Origin: Octopus sinensis
Taxonomy: Eukaryota
DNA length: 64,000 nucleotides
Direction of reading: 5' to 3'
Assembly: GCF_006345805.1 (NCBI RefSeq)
Contig: NC_043021.1
Span: 19,468,001 to 19,532,000, forward strand
Shown: positions 49,334-62,599 of the stretch, one piece after another
Layout of the letters: the number at the start of each line of letters is the position of its first letter
How positions within the stretch are numbered: position 1 is the first letter of the stretch
Made by a program: the position numbers and the translations under genes
Notes under the pieces: generated by a model
Databases searched by the model: none
The model's input: only the letters and a program-made list of their open reading frames with translations
What the model was told of the DNA's origin: nothing

Positions 49334-50689
49334 TTTGTTATAAAAGATGAGGTCAATAATATTAACAACTCGTGTCAGAGGTTCAGACATTTAATATTAT
49401 GTCATTGAAAAATCACCATTTTTATTTAGAATTAGCTAATTAGCATTCAAGTTACTCTCGAATATAATGCTTATTTATTCACATTGCTTTTAATTAACCC
49501 CTGTAGCTTCAAGATTTCAATGATATGATTGTTTATTTTTAGAATGGCATTGTAGGGTAGGTGTGAGATGTCAGATCTTAACTGTTTAGCTTTCAGATTA
49601 CTCTATAAAATGTAATGCTTATATATTCACATGGTTTTCAATTAATAATGTATTATCTTACGGCTTTGAGATTTCTATGATGTGATTGTTTATTTTTAGA
49701 ATGACATTGTAGGGTAGGCGTGAGAAGCCAGATCTGGTCAGTTACAACATCAAACGAGCTGAATATTTGGGTTAAATATGGCTGATTTAGACCTTTAGCA
49801 TTTAGATTACTGTCAAAATGTGGAGGCACAATGGCCCAGTGCTTAGGGCAGCAGACTCGTGGTCTTAGGATTGTGGTTTCAATTCCCAGACTGGGTGTTG
49901 TGAGTGTTTATTGAGGAAAAACACCTAAAGCTCCACGAGGCTCCAGCAGGGGCTGGTGGCGAACCCTGCCATACTCTTTCACCACAACTTTCTCTCACTC
50001 TTTCTTCCTGTTTCTGTTGTACCTGTATTTCAAAGGACCAGCCTTGTCACACTCTGTGTCATGCTGAATCTCCCCAAGAACTACGTTAAGGGTACACGTG
50101 TCTGTGGGGTGCTCAGCCACCTTACATGTTAATTTCATGAGCTGGCTGTTCCGTTGATCGGATCAACTGGAACCGTCGTCGTCGTAACTGACGGAGTGCC
50201 ACAAAAAAAATTTCAAAATGTAATGTTCATGCATTCATATTGTTTTGAATTAATCCTGCATTATCTTGTAGCTTTGAGAATTCAGTACTGTGATTGTTTA
50301 TTTTAAAATGACATTGCAGAACAGGTTTGAGAGTTTAGATCTGGCCAGTTTGAACATAAAGCAGCTAAAATATTTGGGGTCGATATAGCTGTTAACCCTT
50401 TAGCATTCTGTTAAAGACAAGGCTTATTTCTTCACATTGTTTTGAATTAATTATGCATTATCTCAAAGCTTTGAAATTTCAATGACATGATTGACATTGC
50501 AGGATAAGTGTGAAAGTCAGGATCTGACCAGTTTGAACATAAATCTGGTTAAATAACTGGAGCGAATACGACCAATTTAGATGCTAAATGATTAATTAAT
50601 TACTGTAGTTGTTTGAGATATTCTGTTTTTGAAACCATCCTTTATACTCTACCGTTTTCCTCTGGTTTCCGTTCTTTCTTCATCGACAG

Positions 50690-50815
50690 GCTTGGCTCAC
50701 CGACATAGAAAAAACAATGAGGTATACTTTAAAAGAAGTCTTAATTACCACCCGGAATGCCTTGAAGAAACAACTAAATAAACGAGACAAATGGATTAGA
50801 GACTATTGCGGACAA
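50690..50815 (+). CDS. DNAH2: Dynein heavy chain exon 18
   Basis: cgacag|GCT...CAA|gtaaga; AWLTDIEKTMRYTLKEVL...KQLNKRDKWIRDYCGQ; 126 nt. Confidence 0.94.
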
Positions 50816-50840
50816 GTAAGAACAAAACAATTCCAGTTTA

Positions 50841-51118
<278 letters not shown>

Positions 51119-51538
51119 CCCCCCCTATGTTATGCTTGTTTTATGTTACTGTATTTCCTGGCATACAATTCTAACTAGAATATAGCAGGAATCTCCACCC
51201 ACCCCCACCCCCCAGGCTGCCGACCAATCTTGGGTTATGGTTATTTAGTACCGAAAGTACACAGAAAGGATAATTTTTTTTTTTTTCATATTTTATTTCT
51301 GTTTTATTGGTTATCATAATCTAATCTGCAACCTAAACAATGTTTAGCTTTGAAAAATTACCCCCTTCTGTCTGCCTCTTGCTTGCATTTGGGTCACTTG
51401 GGTTTCTGGGGTTTTTTGGGGTTTTTTTTTTATGTACTGGCAAACCAAGTCTAAAATCTAACTGTAACAATAAGAGCAACATCATCCTCATCATCATTTA
51501 GCATCTGTTTTTCATGCTGCCAGCATGAGTAAGATGGT

Positions 51539-54500
51539 TTAACCCTTTTGTTACCATATTTACTTTGAGATGCTCTGTGTTTCTTTCAATTACTTTAAAT
51601 ATAACAAAGAATTTAGCAAAATAACTTAGTTATCATTCAGCTAGTGTTAGGAACATAAATTGTGACTAAGGTTTGGTGGAAGATTTTAATTGAAAACTTA
51701 TGAAAACAAGACATTTGTACTCAGAGCCAGTTTCAGCTGGGTTGATAATGAAAGGGTGAAGAATTGTTTCTCTATTATATATTTTAACCCTTTTGTTACC
51801 ATATTTCTGTTGAGATGCTCTGTGTTTCTTTCAATTACTTTAAATATAACAGAGAATTTAGTAAAATAACTTAGTTATCATTAAGCTAGTGTTAGGAACA
51901 TAAATTGTGACTAAGGTTTGTGGAAGATTTTAATTCAGACTTATGAAAACAAGATATTTGTACTCAGAGCCAGAGCCAGTTTCAGCCGGGTTGGTATCGA
52001 AAGGGTTAAGAATTGTTTCTCTATTATATATTTTAACCCTTTTGTTACCATATTTCTGTTGAGATGCTCTGTGTTTCTTTCAATTACTTAAATATAACAA
52101 AAATTTAGTAAAATAACTAGTTATCATTAAGCTAGTGTTAGGAACATAAATTGTGACTAAGGTTTGGTGAAGATTTTAATTCAGAACTTATGAAAACAAG
52201 ATATTTGTACTCAGAGCCAGAGCCAGTTTCAGCCGGGTTGGTATCGAAAGGGTTAAGAATTGTTTCTATTTATATTTTTAACCCTTTTGTTACCATATTT
52301 CTGTTGAGATGCTCTGTGTTTCTTTCAATTATTTAAATATAACAAAAATTTAGTACAATAACTTAGTTATCATTCAGCTAGTGTTAGGAACATAAATTGT
52401 GACTAAGTTTGGTGGAAGATTTTAATTCAAAACTTATGAAAACAAGACATTTGTACTACAGAGCCAGTTTCAGCTGGGTTGATATGAAAGGGTGAAGAAT
52501 TGTTTCTCTATTATATATTTTAACCCTTTTGTTACCATATTTCTGTTGAGATGCTCTGTGTTTCTCTCAATTACTTTAAATATAACAAAGAATTTAGTAC
52601 AATAACTTAGTTATCATTAAGCTAGTGTTAGGAACATAAATTGTGACTAAGGTTTGGCAGAAGATTTTAATTCAAAACTTATGAAAACAAGACATTTGTA
52701 CTCAGAGCCAGAGCCAGTTTCAGCCGGGTTGGTATCGAAAGGGTTAAGAATTGTTTCTCTATTATATATTTTAACCCTTTTGTTACCATATTTCTGTTGA
52801 GATGCTCTGTGTTTCTTTCAATTACTTTAAATATAACAAAGAATTTAGTAAAATAACTTAGTTATCATTAAGCTAGTGTTAGGAACATAAATTGTGACTA
52901 AGGTTTGGTGGAAGATTTTAATTCAAAACTTATGAAAACAAGATATTTGTACTCAGAGCCAGAGCCAGTTTCAGCCGGGTTGGTATCGAAAGGGTTAAGA
53001 ATTGTTTCTCTATTATATATTTTAACCCTTTTGTTACCATATTTCTGTTGAGATGCTCTGTGTTTCTTTCAATTAATTTAAATATAACAAAGAATTTAGT
53101 AAAATAACTTAATTATCATTAAGCTAGTGTTAGGAACATAAATTGTGACTAAGGTTGGTGGAAGATTTTAATTCAAAACTTATGAAAACAAGACATTTGT
53201 ACTCAGAGCCAGAGCCGGTTTCAGCCGGGTTGGTATGAAAGGGTTAAGAATTGTTTCTCTATTATATATTTTAACCCTTTTGTTACCATATTTCTGTTGA
53301 GATGCTCTGTGTTTCTTTCAATTAACTTTAAATATAACAAAGAATTTAGCAAAATAACTTAGTTATCATTCAGCTAGTGTTAGGTAACATAAATTGTGAC
53401 TAATTGTGGGAGGGAAGTTTTAATTGAAAACTTATGAAAACAAGACATTTGTACTCAGAGCCAGATCCAGTTTCAGCCGGGTTGGTATCGAAAGGGTTAA
53501 GAATTGTTTCTCTATTATATATTTTAACCCTTTTGTTACCATATTTCTGTTGAGATGCTCTGTGTTTCTTTCAATTACTTTAAATATAACAAAGAATTTA
53601 GTAAAATAACTTAATTATCATTAAGCTAGTGTTAGGAACATAAATTGTGACTAAGGTTTGGTGGAAGATTTTAATTCAGAACTTATGAAAACAAGACATT
53701 TGTACTCAGAGCCAGAGCCGGTTTCAGCCGGGTTGGTATTGAAAGGGTTAAGAATTGTTTCTCTATTATATATTTTAACCCTTTTGTTACCATATTTCTG
53801 TTGAGATGCTCTGTGTTTCTTTCAATTAATTTAAATATAACAAAGAATTTAGTAAAATAACTTAGTTATCATTAAGCTAGTGTTAGGTATATAAATTGTG
53901 ACTAAGGTTTGGTGGAAGATTTTAATTCAAAACTTATGAAAACAAGACATTTGTACTCAGAGCCAGAGATCCAGTTTCAGCCGGTTGGTATCGAAAGGGT
54001 TAAGAATTGTTTCTCTATATTATATTTTAACCTTTTGTTACCATATTCTGTTGAGATGCTCTGTGTTTCTTTCAATTACTTTAAATATAACAAAGAATTT
54101 AGTAAAATAACTTAGTTATCATTCAGCTAGTGTTAGGAACATAAATTGTGACTAAGGTTTGGTGGAATATTTAATTCAGAACTTATGAAAACAAGATATT
54201 TGTACTCAGAGCCAGAGCCAGTTTCAGCCGGGTTGGTATCGAAAGGGTTAAGAATTGTTTCTCTATTATATATTTTAACCCTTTTGTTACCATATTTCTG
54301 TTGAGATGCTCTGTGTTTCTTTCAATTACTTTAAATATAACAAAGAATTTAGCAAAATAACTTAGTTATCATTCAGCTTGTGTTAGGAACATAAATTGTG
54401 ACTAAGGTTTGGTGGAAGATTTTAATTCAAAACTTATGAAAACAAGACATTTGTACTCAGAGCCAGATCCAGTTTCAGCCGGGTTGGTATCGAAAGGGTT

Positions 54501-55504
54501 AAGAATTGTTTCTCTATTATATATTTTAACCCTTTTGTTACCATATTTCTGTTGAGATGCTCTGTGTTTCTTTCAATTACTTTAAATATAACAAAGAATT
54601 TAGTAAAATAACTTAGTTATCATTCAGCTAGTGTTAGGAACATAAATTGTGACTAAGGTTTGGTGGAAGATTTTAATTCAGAACTTATGAAAACAAGACA
54701 TTTGTACTCAGAGCCAGAGCCAGTTTCAGCCGGGTTGGTATCGAAAGGGTTAAGAATTGTTTCTCTATTATATATTTTAACCCTTTTGTTACCATATTTC
54801 TGTTGAGATGCTCTGTGTTTCTTTCAATTACTTTAAATATAACAAAGAATTTAGTACAATAACTTAGTTATCATTCAGCTAGTGTTAGGAACATAAATTA
54901 TGACTAAGATTTGGTGGAAGATTTTAATTCAAAATTATGAAAACAAGACATTTGTACTCAGAGCCAGAGCCAGTTTCAGCCGGGTTGGTATCGAAAGGGT
55001 TAAGAATTGTTTCTCTATATATATTTTAACCCTTTGTTACCATATTTCTGTTGAGATGCTCTGTGTTTCTTTCAATTACTTTAAATATAACAAAGAATTT
55101 AGTAAAATAACTTAGTTATCATTCAGCTAGTGTTAGGAACATAAATTGTGACTAAGGTTTGGTGGAAGATTTTAATTCAGAACTTATGAAAACAAGATAT
55201 TTGTACTCAGAGCCAGAGCCAGTTTCAGCCGGGTTGGTATCGAAAGGGTTAAGAATTGTTTCTCTATTATATATTTTAACCCTTTTGTTACCATATTTCT
55301 GTTGAGATGCTCTGTGTTTCTTTCAATTACTTTAAATATAACAAAGAATTTAGTAAAATAACTTAGTTATCATTAAGCTAGTGTTAGCAACATAAATTGT
55401 GACTAAGGTTTGGTGAGAGAATTTCATTCAAAACTTATGGAAAAAAAACATTTGTACTACAAATCCAGAGGCTGTTACAGCCGGGTTAGTATCGAAAGGG
55501 TTAA
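51539..55504 (+). repeat. 16-copy tandem array of MITE-P2 plus 23-nt spacer (unit about 248 bp)
   Basis: 16 TTAACCCTTTTGTTACC starts; bounded by TTAA; splits a Rep-D copy (51480-51538 / 55505-55620). Confidence 0.95.
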
Positions 55505-55624
55505 CTGGAACTGCAAAGCTTGAGAGCTGCACCAGGCTCCTCTCTGTTTTATCTTGGTTTCGACAGCTGGATGCCCTTCCTCATGGCACAGAGTGTACCA
55601 GGTGCATTTTACATGTCACTGGCA

Positions 55625-56010
55625 TATAGATACCCTGCTGCACTAATATTAGCTACATGTATCCCACTCCATCAATAATGGCCACAGATACCCTACTACA
55701 CCAATATTGTCTGTTGATACCTTGCTGTGCTAAAATTAGCCACATCTACCCCGCTACACCAATATTGGCCACATGTACCCTACTACACCAATATTGGCCA
55801 CAGGTACCCTACTACACCAATATTGTCTGTTGATACCTTGCTGTGCTAAGATTAGCCACATGTACCTCACTACATCAATAATGGCCACAGGTACCCTACA
55901 ACACCAATATTGGCTGTGGATACCCTGCTGCACCAAAATTATCCACATGTACTCTGCTACACCAATATTGACCACAGGTACCCCCACTACACCAATATTG
56001 CTACCCCATA
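55625..56010. repeat. 29-bp minisatellite with 116-bp higher-order repeat
   Basis: Unit about CATGTACCCTACTACACCAATATTGGCCA; block at 55681 recurs at 55797. Confidence 0.85.
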
Positions 56011-56210
56011 TGGGCCACAGATACTTTTCCATTTCCTTTCAAACATTCTTCCTAATGACACCTTTGAGGAATCTTGTTCCTCTTGTGTTTTTTTCGTGTT
56101 TTTGCTCATTCATCACAATATATTTACATATTTAGCTCCAAAGTACACCAGACCGTTACTCTTTTATATGTTGTAGCTAATGTTTTTATAAATTGTTGTA
56201 TTGGCTACAG

Positions 56211-56321
56211 ATGACCATAGTGGCCAGTCAGATCCAGTGGACTGGCGATGTGACGAAGGCTCTGCTGAAAGTCAAAGAACGTGGAGACAAAAAAGCTTTG
56301 AAAATGCTCAAGAAGAAACAG
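56211..56321 (+). CDS. DNAH2: Dynein heavy chain exon 19
   Basis: ctacag|ATG...CAG|gtttaa; MTIVASQIQWTGDVTKALLKVKERGDKKALKMLKKKQ; 111 nt; absent from ORF track in this frame. Confidence 0.93.
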
Positions 56322-56889
56322 GTTTAAAATTTTGCTATGCACTTATTTCACTTTCCTTTAATAACAAACCCATCTATTTCAGACAACCCATTTCAGACCA
56401 CCTCTAGTTGTTTGGTTCAAAACCTCTCGTTTTAAAATGCTGCTCATTAAATTGAAAAGCTTCTATCATAATTTTATAGCAAAAGAACCTCTCGTTATGT
56501 TCCAAATTCTTAGGAGCTTAGGTGTTTCACTCATAAACACATGCACATCACCTGGTCTGAGATTTGAGAGGAATTTTACAGCTGGATGCCCTTCCTAACA
56601 CCAACCACTCAGAAGATTGGACTCAGTGCTTTTTAGGTGGCTCAAGCACAGGCAAGGTCAGTTTTGCCAAGGTTTTTACAGCTGGATGCCCTTCCAAACA
56701 CCAACCACTTTACAGTGTGGACTGGGTGCTTTATCCAATATGCATTTACCTTCTTTTTTTTTTTAAAGTTGGTATGGTGTGAGTTTTGAGAGATTTGGCT
56801 TCTATTTCTAGCAGATTGAGCGACCCTATAAAGCCCTTCTCTATTAATTTTTATTTGATTATGTTTTTGTTGTTGCTGCTTCACTTCAG

Positions 56890-57078
56890 GTAGTCATGCT
56901 AAACAAGTATGCAGAATTAGCCAGGAAACCGGACAAGGGCTACCAACGGATGAAGCTGGTCTCTCTGATAACCATTGAAGTCCACAGTCGAGACATCATT
57001 GAGAAACTCCTCAAGTCTGGCTGCAACGATGCCAATGCTTTTGAATGGATTAGTCAACTAAGACTCTACTGGGATAAG
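56890..57078 (+). CDS. DNAH2: Dynein heavy chain exon 20
   Basis: cttcag|GTA...AAG|gtctag; VVMLNKYAE...MKLVSLITIEVHSRDIIEKL...FEWISQLRLYWDK; 189 nt. Confidence 0.95.
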
Positions 57079-58212
57079 GTCTAGTATACTACTATTACTA
57101 CTTCTTCTTCTTCTTCTTCTTCTTCTTCCCCTTCGTCTTCTTCTTCTTTTTCTTCTTCTTTTTCTTTTTCTTCTTCTTCTTCTTCTTCTTATCATCATCA
57201 TCATTCATCATCGTTTAACGTCCGTTTTCCGCGCTAGCATGGGTTGGACGGTTCGACCGGGGTCTTGGAAGCCAGGGGGCTGCACCAGGCTCCAGTCTGA
57301 TCTGGCAGAGTTTCTACAGCTGGATGCCCTTCCTAACGCCAACCACTCCACGAGTGTAGTGGGTGCTTTTTACGTGCCACCTGCACAGGTGCCAGTGGAG
57401 TCCGGCATCGGCCACAATCGGTTGGAGCTTTTAACGTGCCACCGGCACGGAAGCCAGCCAAGGCGGCGCTGGCAACGGCCACGTTCAGATGGTGCTTTTT
57501 ATGTGCCACCGGCACAGAAGCCAGTTACACAGTAGGGTATATTAGGGGATTCTAGCCACCGTTCCACTTGGGCTCGCTTCAGCTTGTTTGCAATCAAGCC
57601 ATGACAAGCCCATCTTTTTTCCACCTGCATCATCATCATCATCATCATCATCATTCAGCATCTCCTTTCCATTCTGGTATGGATTAGACAGTTTGACTGA
57701 GACTGGCAAGTCGGAGAGCTGCCCCAGGCTCTCCAGTCATCTCCCACTATCTCTCTTTCTCTCTCTCTCTCACACGCTGACTTGTTTCACTCTCTCCCTC
57801 CCTCTTCTCCCATGCACACTCCCCCTCTCTCACACACACATGCATGCATACACTTCTCTCTCCTCTCATGCACTTTCTTATTTCTTTACTGCCCCCAAGG
57901 GGCTAAACACAGAGAGGACAAACAAGGACAGACAAAGGGATTAAGTCGATTACATCGACCCCAGTGCATAACTGGTACTTAATTTATCTACCCCAAAAGG
58001 ATCAAAGACAAAGTCGACCTCGGCAGAATTTGAACTCAGAATGTAACGGCAGACGAAATACCGCTTGGCATTTCACACTGTGTGCTAACGTTTCTGCCAG
58101 CTCGCCACCTTTCTCTCACACACTTGTCTCCTGGACCCTATCTCTTCCTCCTTCCCCCTCTCTCCCTCTCTCTCTCTCTCTCTCTCTATTCTAATGCTCC
58201 CATCTGTTGCAG

Positions 58213-58506
58213 GAACTGAATGACTGTATCGTTCGCCAAACCAACACACAATTCCTCTATGGCTATGAATACCTGGGCAACTCTGGCAGGCTTGTGATCA
58301 CCCCACTCACCGACCGCTGCTACATGACATTAACAACAGCCCTACATCTTCACCGTGGAGGAAGCCCAAAGGGGCCAGCTGGCACCGGGAAAACAGAAAC
58401 AACAAAAGACCTGGGCAAGGCCCTGGGAAATTATGTGATCGTGGTGAACTGTTCCGAAGGTTTGGACTATAAATCAATGGGCCGGATGTTTTCTGGCCTT
58501 GCACAG
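58213..58506 (+). CDS. DNAH2: Dynein heavy chain exon 21, AAA1 with Walker A (GPAGTGKT, 58372-58395)
   Basis: ttgcag|GAA...CAG|gtgagt; [22 protein letters not shown]...[19 protein letters not shown]...NCSEGLDY...GLAQ; 294 nt. Confidence 0.98.
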
Positions 58507-58589
58507 GTGAGTTGCTTCACCTTGTTTAGGTGGGTTGCTGTTTCACTGTATACAGGTGAGTTGTTATCTGTTGTGGCTCAGGTAACCAG

Positions 58590-59310
58590 TAATTGAAGGG
58601 CAGCTTGTCAGAGTGTGATGGATATATAGGAGTGTAGCTTGTCAGAATGCAACAGGTACATTAGAGTGTGGTTTGTCAGAACGTAAGAGGTACGCTGGAG
58701 TGCAGCTTGTCAGGATGTGCCAGACAAATTGGAGTGCACTTTGTAAGTGTACAGACAAACTAGAGTGCAGGTTGTCAGTGTCGCAGACAGATTAGAGTGC
58801 AGGTTTTCAGTGTGTGGAAGACAGATTGGAGTGCAGCTTGTCAGAGTGTGACAGACAGTTTGGAGTGCAGCTTGTCAGAGTGTGACAGACAGTTTGGAGT
58901 GCAGCTTGTCAGATTGTGCCAGACAAATTGGAGTGCAGTTTGTCAGTGTACAGACAAACTGGAGTGCAGCTTGTCAGTGTGACAGACAGATTGGAGTGCA
59001 GCTTTTCAGTGTGTAATACATTGGAGAGCAGCTTGTCTGAGTGACAGACAGATTGGAGTGTAGCTTGCCAGAGTGTGGCAGACAGATTGGAGTGCAGTTT
59101 GTCGGAGTGTGACACACAAATTGGAGTGCAGCTTGTCAGAATGTGACAAATTGGAGTGTAGCTTGTCAGAATGTGACAAATTTGAGTGCAGTTTGTCAGA
59201 GTGTGACAGACAAATTGGAATGCAGCTTGTAAATGCATGACAGGACGTATTTGATTTGCAATCTGTTTGGGTGTAGCTGGATATATTGGAGTGCAGCTTG
59301 TTGGAGTGTG
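58590..59310. repeat. Degenerate 32-34-bp minisatellite
   Basis: Unit about GACAGACAGATTGGAGTGCAGCTTGTCAGAGTGT. Confidence 0.88.
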
Positions 59311-60240
59311 ACAGCATGATGAATTAGAGCTGAAGCTGTTCAGCTGTAGGTCAACCCAGGTCCATTAGTAGGACTTGGAAAGGTTGACAATGCTTCAAAG
59401 TTTACACACTACATACTACGTCAACTGGTATGCTGCAAAATCTGGTACGTAAGGGTTGGATGTTTTGACATGGAGGATGCCAACAGCCAGTAAAAAGCTA
59501 AATCTACACCAAGATGACTTTGGATTACCAAAATCTCCATGAGAAAGGCAGCAGGATTTGGGAAAGTGGTGACAAAGTTCGAATGACTTCATTGTTTACA
59601 TTCTATCCTATGGCACAGGAGTGGCTGTGTGGTAAGTAGCTTGCTAACCAACCACATGGTTCCGGGTTCGGTCCAACTGCGTGGCATCTTGGGCAAGTGT
59701 CTTCTGCTATAGCCCCAGGCCAACAAATGCCTTGTGAGTGGATTTGGTAGACGGAAACTGAAAGAAGCCTGTCATATATATACATATGTATGTGTGTGTG
59801 TTTGTGTGTCTGTGTTTGTCCCCCTAGCATTGCTTGACAAGCGATGCTGGTGTGTTTACGTCCCCGTCACTTAGCGGTTCGGCAAAAGAGACCGATAGAA
59901 TAAGTACTGGGCTTACAAAGAATAAGTCCCAGGGTCGATTTGCTCGATTAAAGGCGGTGCTCCAGCATGGCCGCAGTCAAATGACTGAAACAAGTAAAAG
60001 AGTATGTAGACCTGTATGCCAGAAAATAAAAGTCTTTATACATCTTAATCATAATTTTAATTCTACCTTTATTATGTGTTTTAATTAGTGAAATGGAAAA
60101 GTAGAAAGGTAAATTGAGGGGTAGATGGATAACTTGCTTGCTGTTTTGTTCGTTTGGTTTCCTGTTGTGCATCGCTTGTTTCTAGCCAGTCTTAATGTCT
60201 GTCTTAAAAGTTGTGCTGGGGTTGTTTTTTTTAATTTCAG

Positions 60241-60421
60241 ACTGGTGCCTGGGGCTGTTTTGATGAATTCAACAGAATCAACATTGAAGTATTGTCTGTG
60301 GTGGCCCAACAGATTTTGTCCATTTTGACGGCCCTTCATTCTGGGGCCATGCAGTTTCTCTTTGAAGGACGTGAGATCAATCTGGTGTGGTCTTGTGGTA
60401 TTTTTATCACCATGAATCCAG
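60241..60421 (+). CDS. DNAH2: Dynein heavy chain exon 22, AAA1 Walker B (CFDE, 60256-60267) and sensor I
   Basis: tttcag|ACT...G|gtaaag; [25 protein letters not shown]...CGIFITMNP(G); 181 nt. Confidence 0.98.
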
Positions 60422-60466
60422 GTAAAGCATTCTTCTTAGTCATGTGTGTATATATGTACCTGCATG

Positions 60467-60517
<51 letters not shown>

Positions 60518-60831
60518 ACATGTTTGTACCCAATAGTTGTATTAGTAATAATAAACTAGTAATAATAGACTATTGAAAAGGTTGCAAGACGTAATAAAAA
60601 TTTTAGGAAAATAAAAATAAGAAATAAGTGGAAATTTTACCGGTGAGTGTGTTAAATTATAGGGCACAAAAAGAAACTGACTCTCCCATGATACAACAGA
60701 CTAAAATATTCATGTATATAGACAATAAGACAGTGATACATCTACACACACACACATACTCACACAAGCACACTCTCTCTCTCTCTCCCTGCCCAGACAT
60801 TCATACTTCTATTACGCCAATGATTTTTCAG

Positions 60832-60959
60832 GTTATGCTGGCCGAACAGAGCTTCCAGACAATTTGAAATCGATGTTTCGCCCGATAGCAATGGTCGTAC
60901 CAGATTCCAACATGATTGCTGAAATCATCCTCTTTGGTGAAGGATTCAGTAACACAAAG
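60832..60959 (+). CDS. DNAH2: Dynein heavy chain exon 23 (AAA1)
   Basis: tttcag|GT TAT...AAG|gtattg; [42 protein letters not shown]; 128 nt. Confidence 0.98.
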
Positions 60960-61412
60960 GTATTGTATGTTTGCACAGAACAGACAAAGATTTCTACCTT
61001 TGGTACAAATCAGAAAGAGGGCACCATCATTGTCAATTATTATATCAAACCTTTCCATTGATCCACCTATCCTAAACTGTTATTCTTAATATAGTGGAAA
61101 CACATGGCCTAGTGGTTAGAGCAGCAGACCTGCGGTTGAGGAATTGCTGGTTCGAATCTCAGACCAGGCGATGTGTGTGTTTATGAGCGAAACCCCCTAA
61201 GCTCCATGCAGCTCCAGCAGAAGGTAATGGTGAACTTCTGCTGACTCTTTCGGCACAACTTTCTCTCGCTCTTTCCTCCTGCATCTTGCATTCAACATAT
61301 TCCCCTCTCTCAGATTCACACACTTATTGCAACAGTCCTTCAGTTTATTCTAAGCCCTGCAAAAGAACTTGGAAGGTTGGGCCTCCAACCAGGTTTTTCG
61401 TGATACCCTTAA

Positions 61413-61632
61413 CCCTTTTGTTACCAACCCGGCTGAAACTGGCTCTGGCTTTGAGTACAAATGCCTTGTTTTCATAAGTTTTGAATTAAAATCTTCCACC
61501 AAACCTTAGTCACAATTTATGTTCCTAACACAAGCTTAATGATAACCAAGTTATTTTACGAAATTCTTTGTTATATTTAAAGTAATTGAAAGATACACAG
61601 AGCATCTCAAAATAAATACAGTAACGAAAGGG
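61413..61632 (-). mobile_element. Solo MITE-P2 (220 bp) nested in a mariner-like MITE
   Basis: TTAA at 61409-61412 and 61633-61636; the uninterrupted host copy shows a single TTAA at 5461-5464. Confidence 0.93.
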
Positions 61633-61894
61633 TTAAAGCCAGGAACTTTTCAGCAACCCCTTCTAATTAGTAAATAGATAAGTTAACTTAATATAATATC
61701 TAAAAATTTTCTTATTGCTATATAAATTAATGGTAAAATATCTCTTTACCTTCACCCATTTATTACACTCAGTAATGTAATTGCCATGCAATAAAAAACA
61801 CTTGTGTATTAATAATTGGGTATTCTACCAGCAGTAGATTGGATAGATATTATCCCTTAGTGGGTTGGATTGACAACCTCTAACTTTCTTGGAG

Positions 61895-61948
<54 letters not shown>

Positions 61949-62212
61949 AACACACACACACACAATGGGCTTTTTTCAGTTTCCATCTACCAAACCCACT
62001 TACATGGCTTTGGTCAGCCTGAGGTTATAGTAGAAGACATTTACCTAAGGTGCTACGCAGTGGGACTGAACCCAGAACCATGTGGTTGGAAAGTAAGCTT
62101 CTTACCACTCAGCCACGCTTGTGCCTTTTTTTTTTTTTTTTTCATGAATTTAATTTTTGCACTAACTTAATATTTGTTTTTTTTTTTATATTTTCTTTTT
62201 CTTCGTCTGCAG

Positions 62213-62365
62213 CATTTAGCCAAAAAGGTTTTCACATTATATAACCTTGCAACACAGCAACTATCAAAACAGGACCACTACGATTTTGGTTTGAGAGCCC
62301 TTGTCTCCGTCCTTAGATATGCTGGGAAGAAGAAAAGGAAACCCCAAAGTATGACCGATGAAGAA
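62213..62365 (+). CDS. DNAH2: Dynein heavy chain exon 24 (AAA1 small domain)
   Basis: ctgcag|CAT...GAA|gtgagt; [38 protein letters not shown]...TDEE; 153 nt. Confidence 0.97.
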
Positions 62366-62599
62366 GTGAGTGTTTAACCCTTTAGTATTTAAACCGGCCA
62401 TATCCAGCCAAAATATTTAATCTGTTTTATGTTCAAACTGACCAGATCCAGGCTCTCACACCTACCCTACAATGTTATTCTACATTAAGTAATTACACCA
62501 TCAAGATCTTGAAGATATGAGATAATGCATGATTAATTCAAATTAATGGGAATCAATAGGCATTATGTTTGATTGAATAATCTGAACACTAAAGGGTTA

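Noticed and set aside
51539-55504. Regular repeat-spacer array superficially CRISPR-like
   Set aside because: Units are 220-bp MITEs and the spacers are identical; eukaryotic intron with no cas genes.
56322-57084. Weak donors GTTTAA (56322) and GTCTAG (57079)
   Set aside because: Still canonical GT with an AG exon end, and homology fixes the boundaries; not unusual enough.
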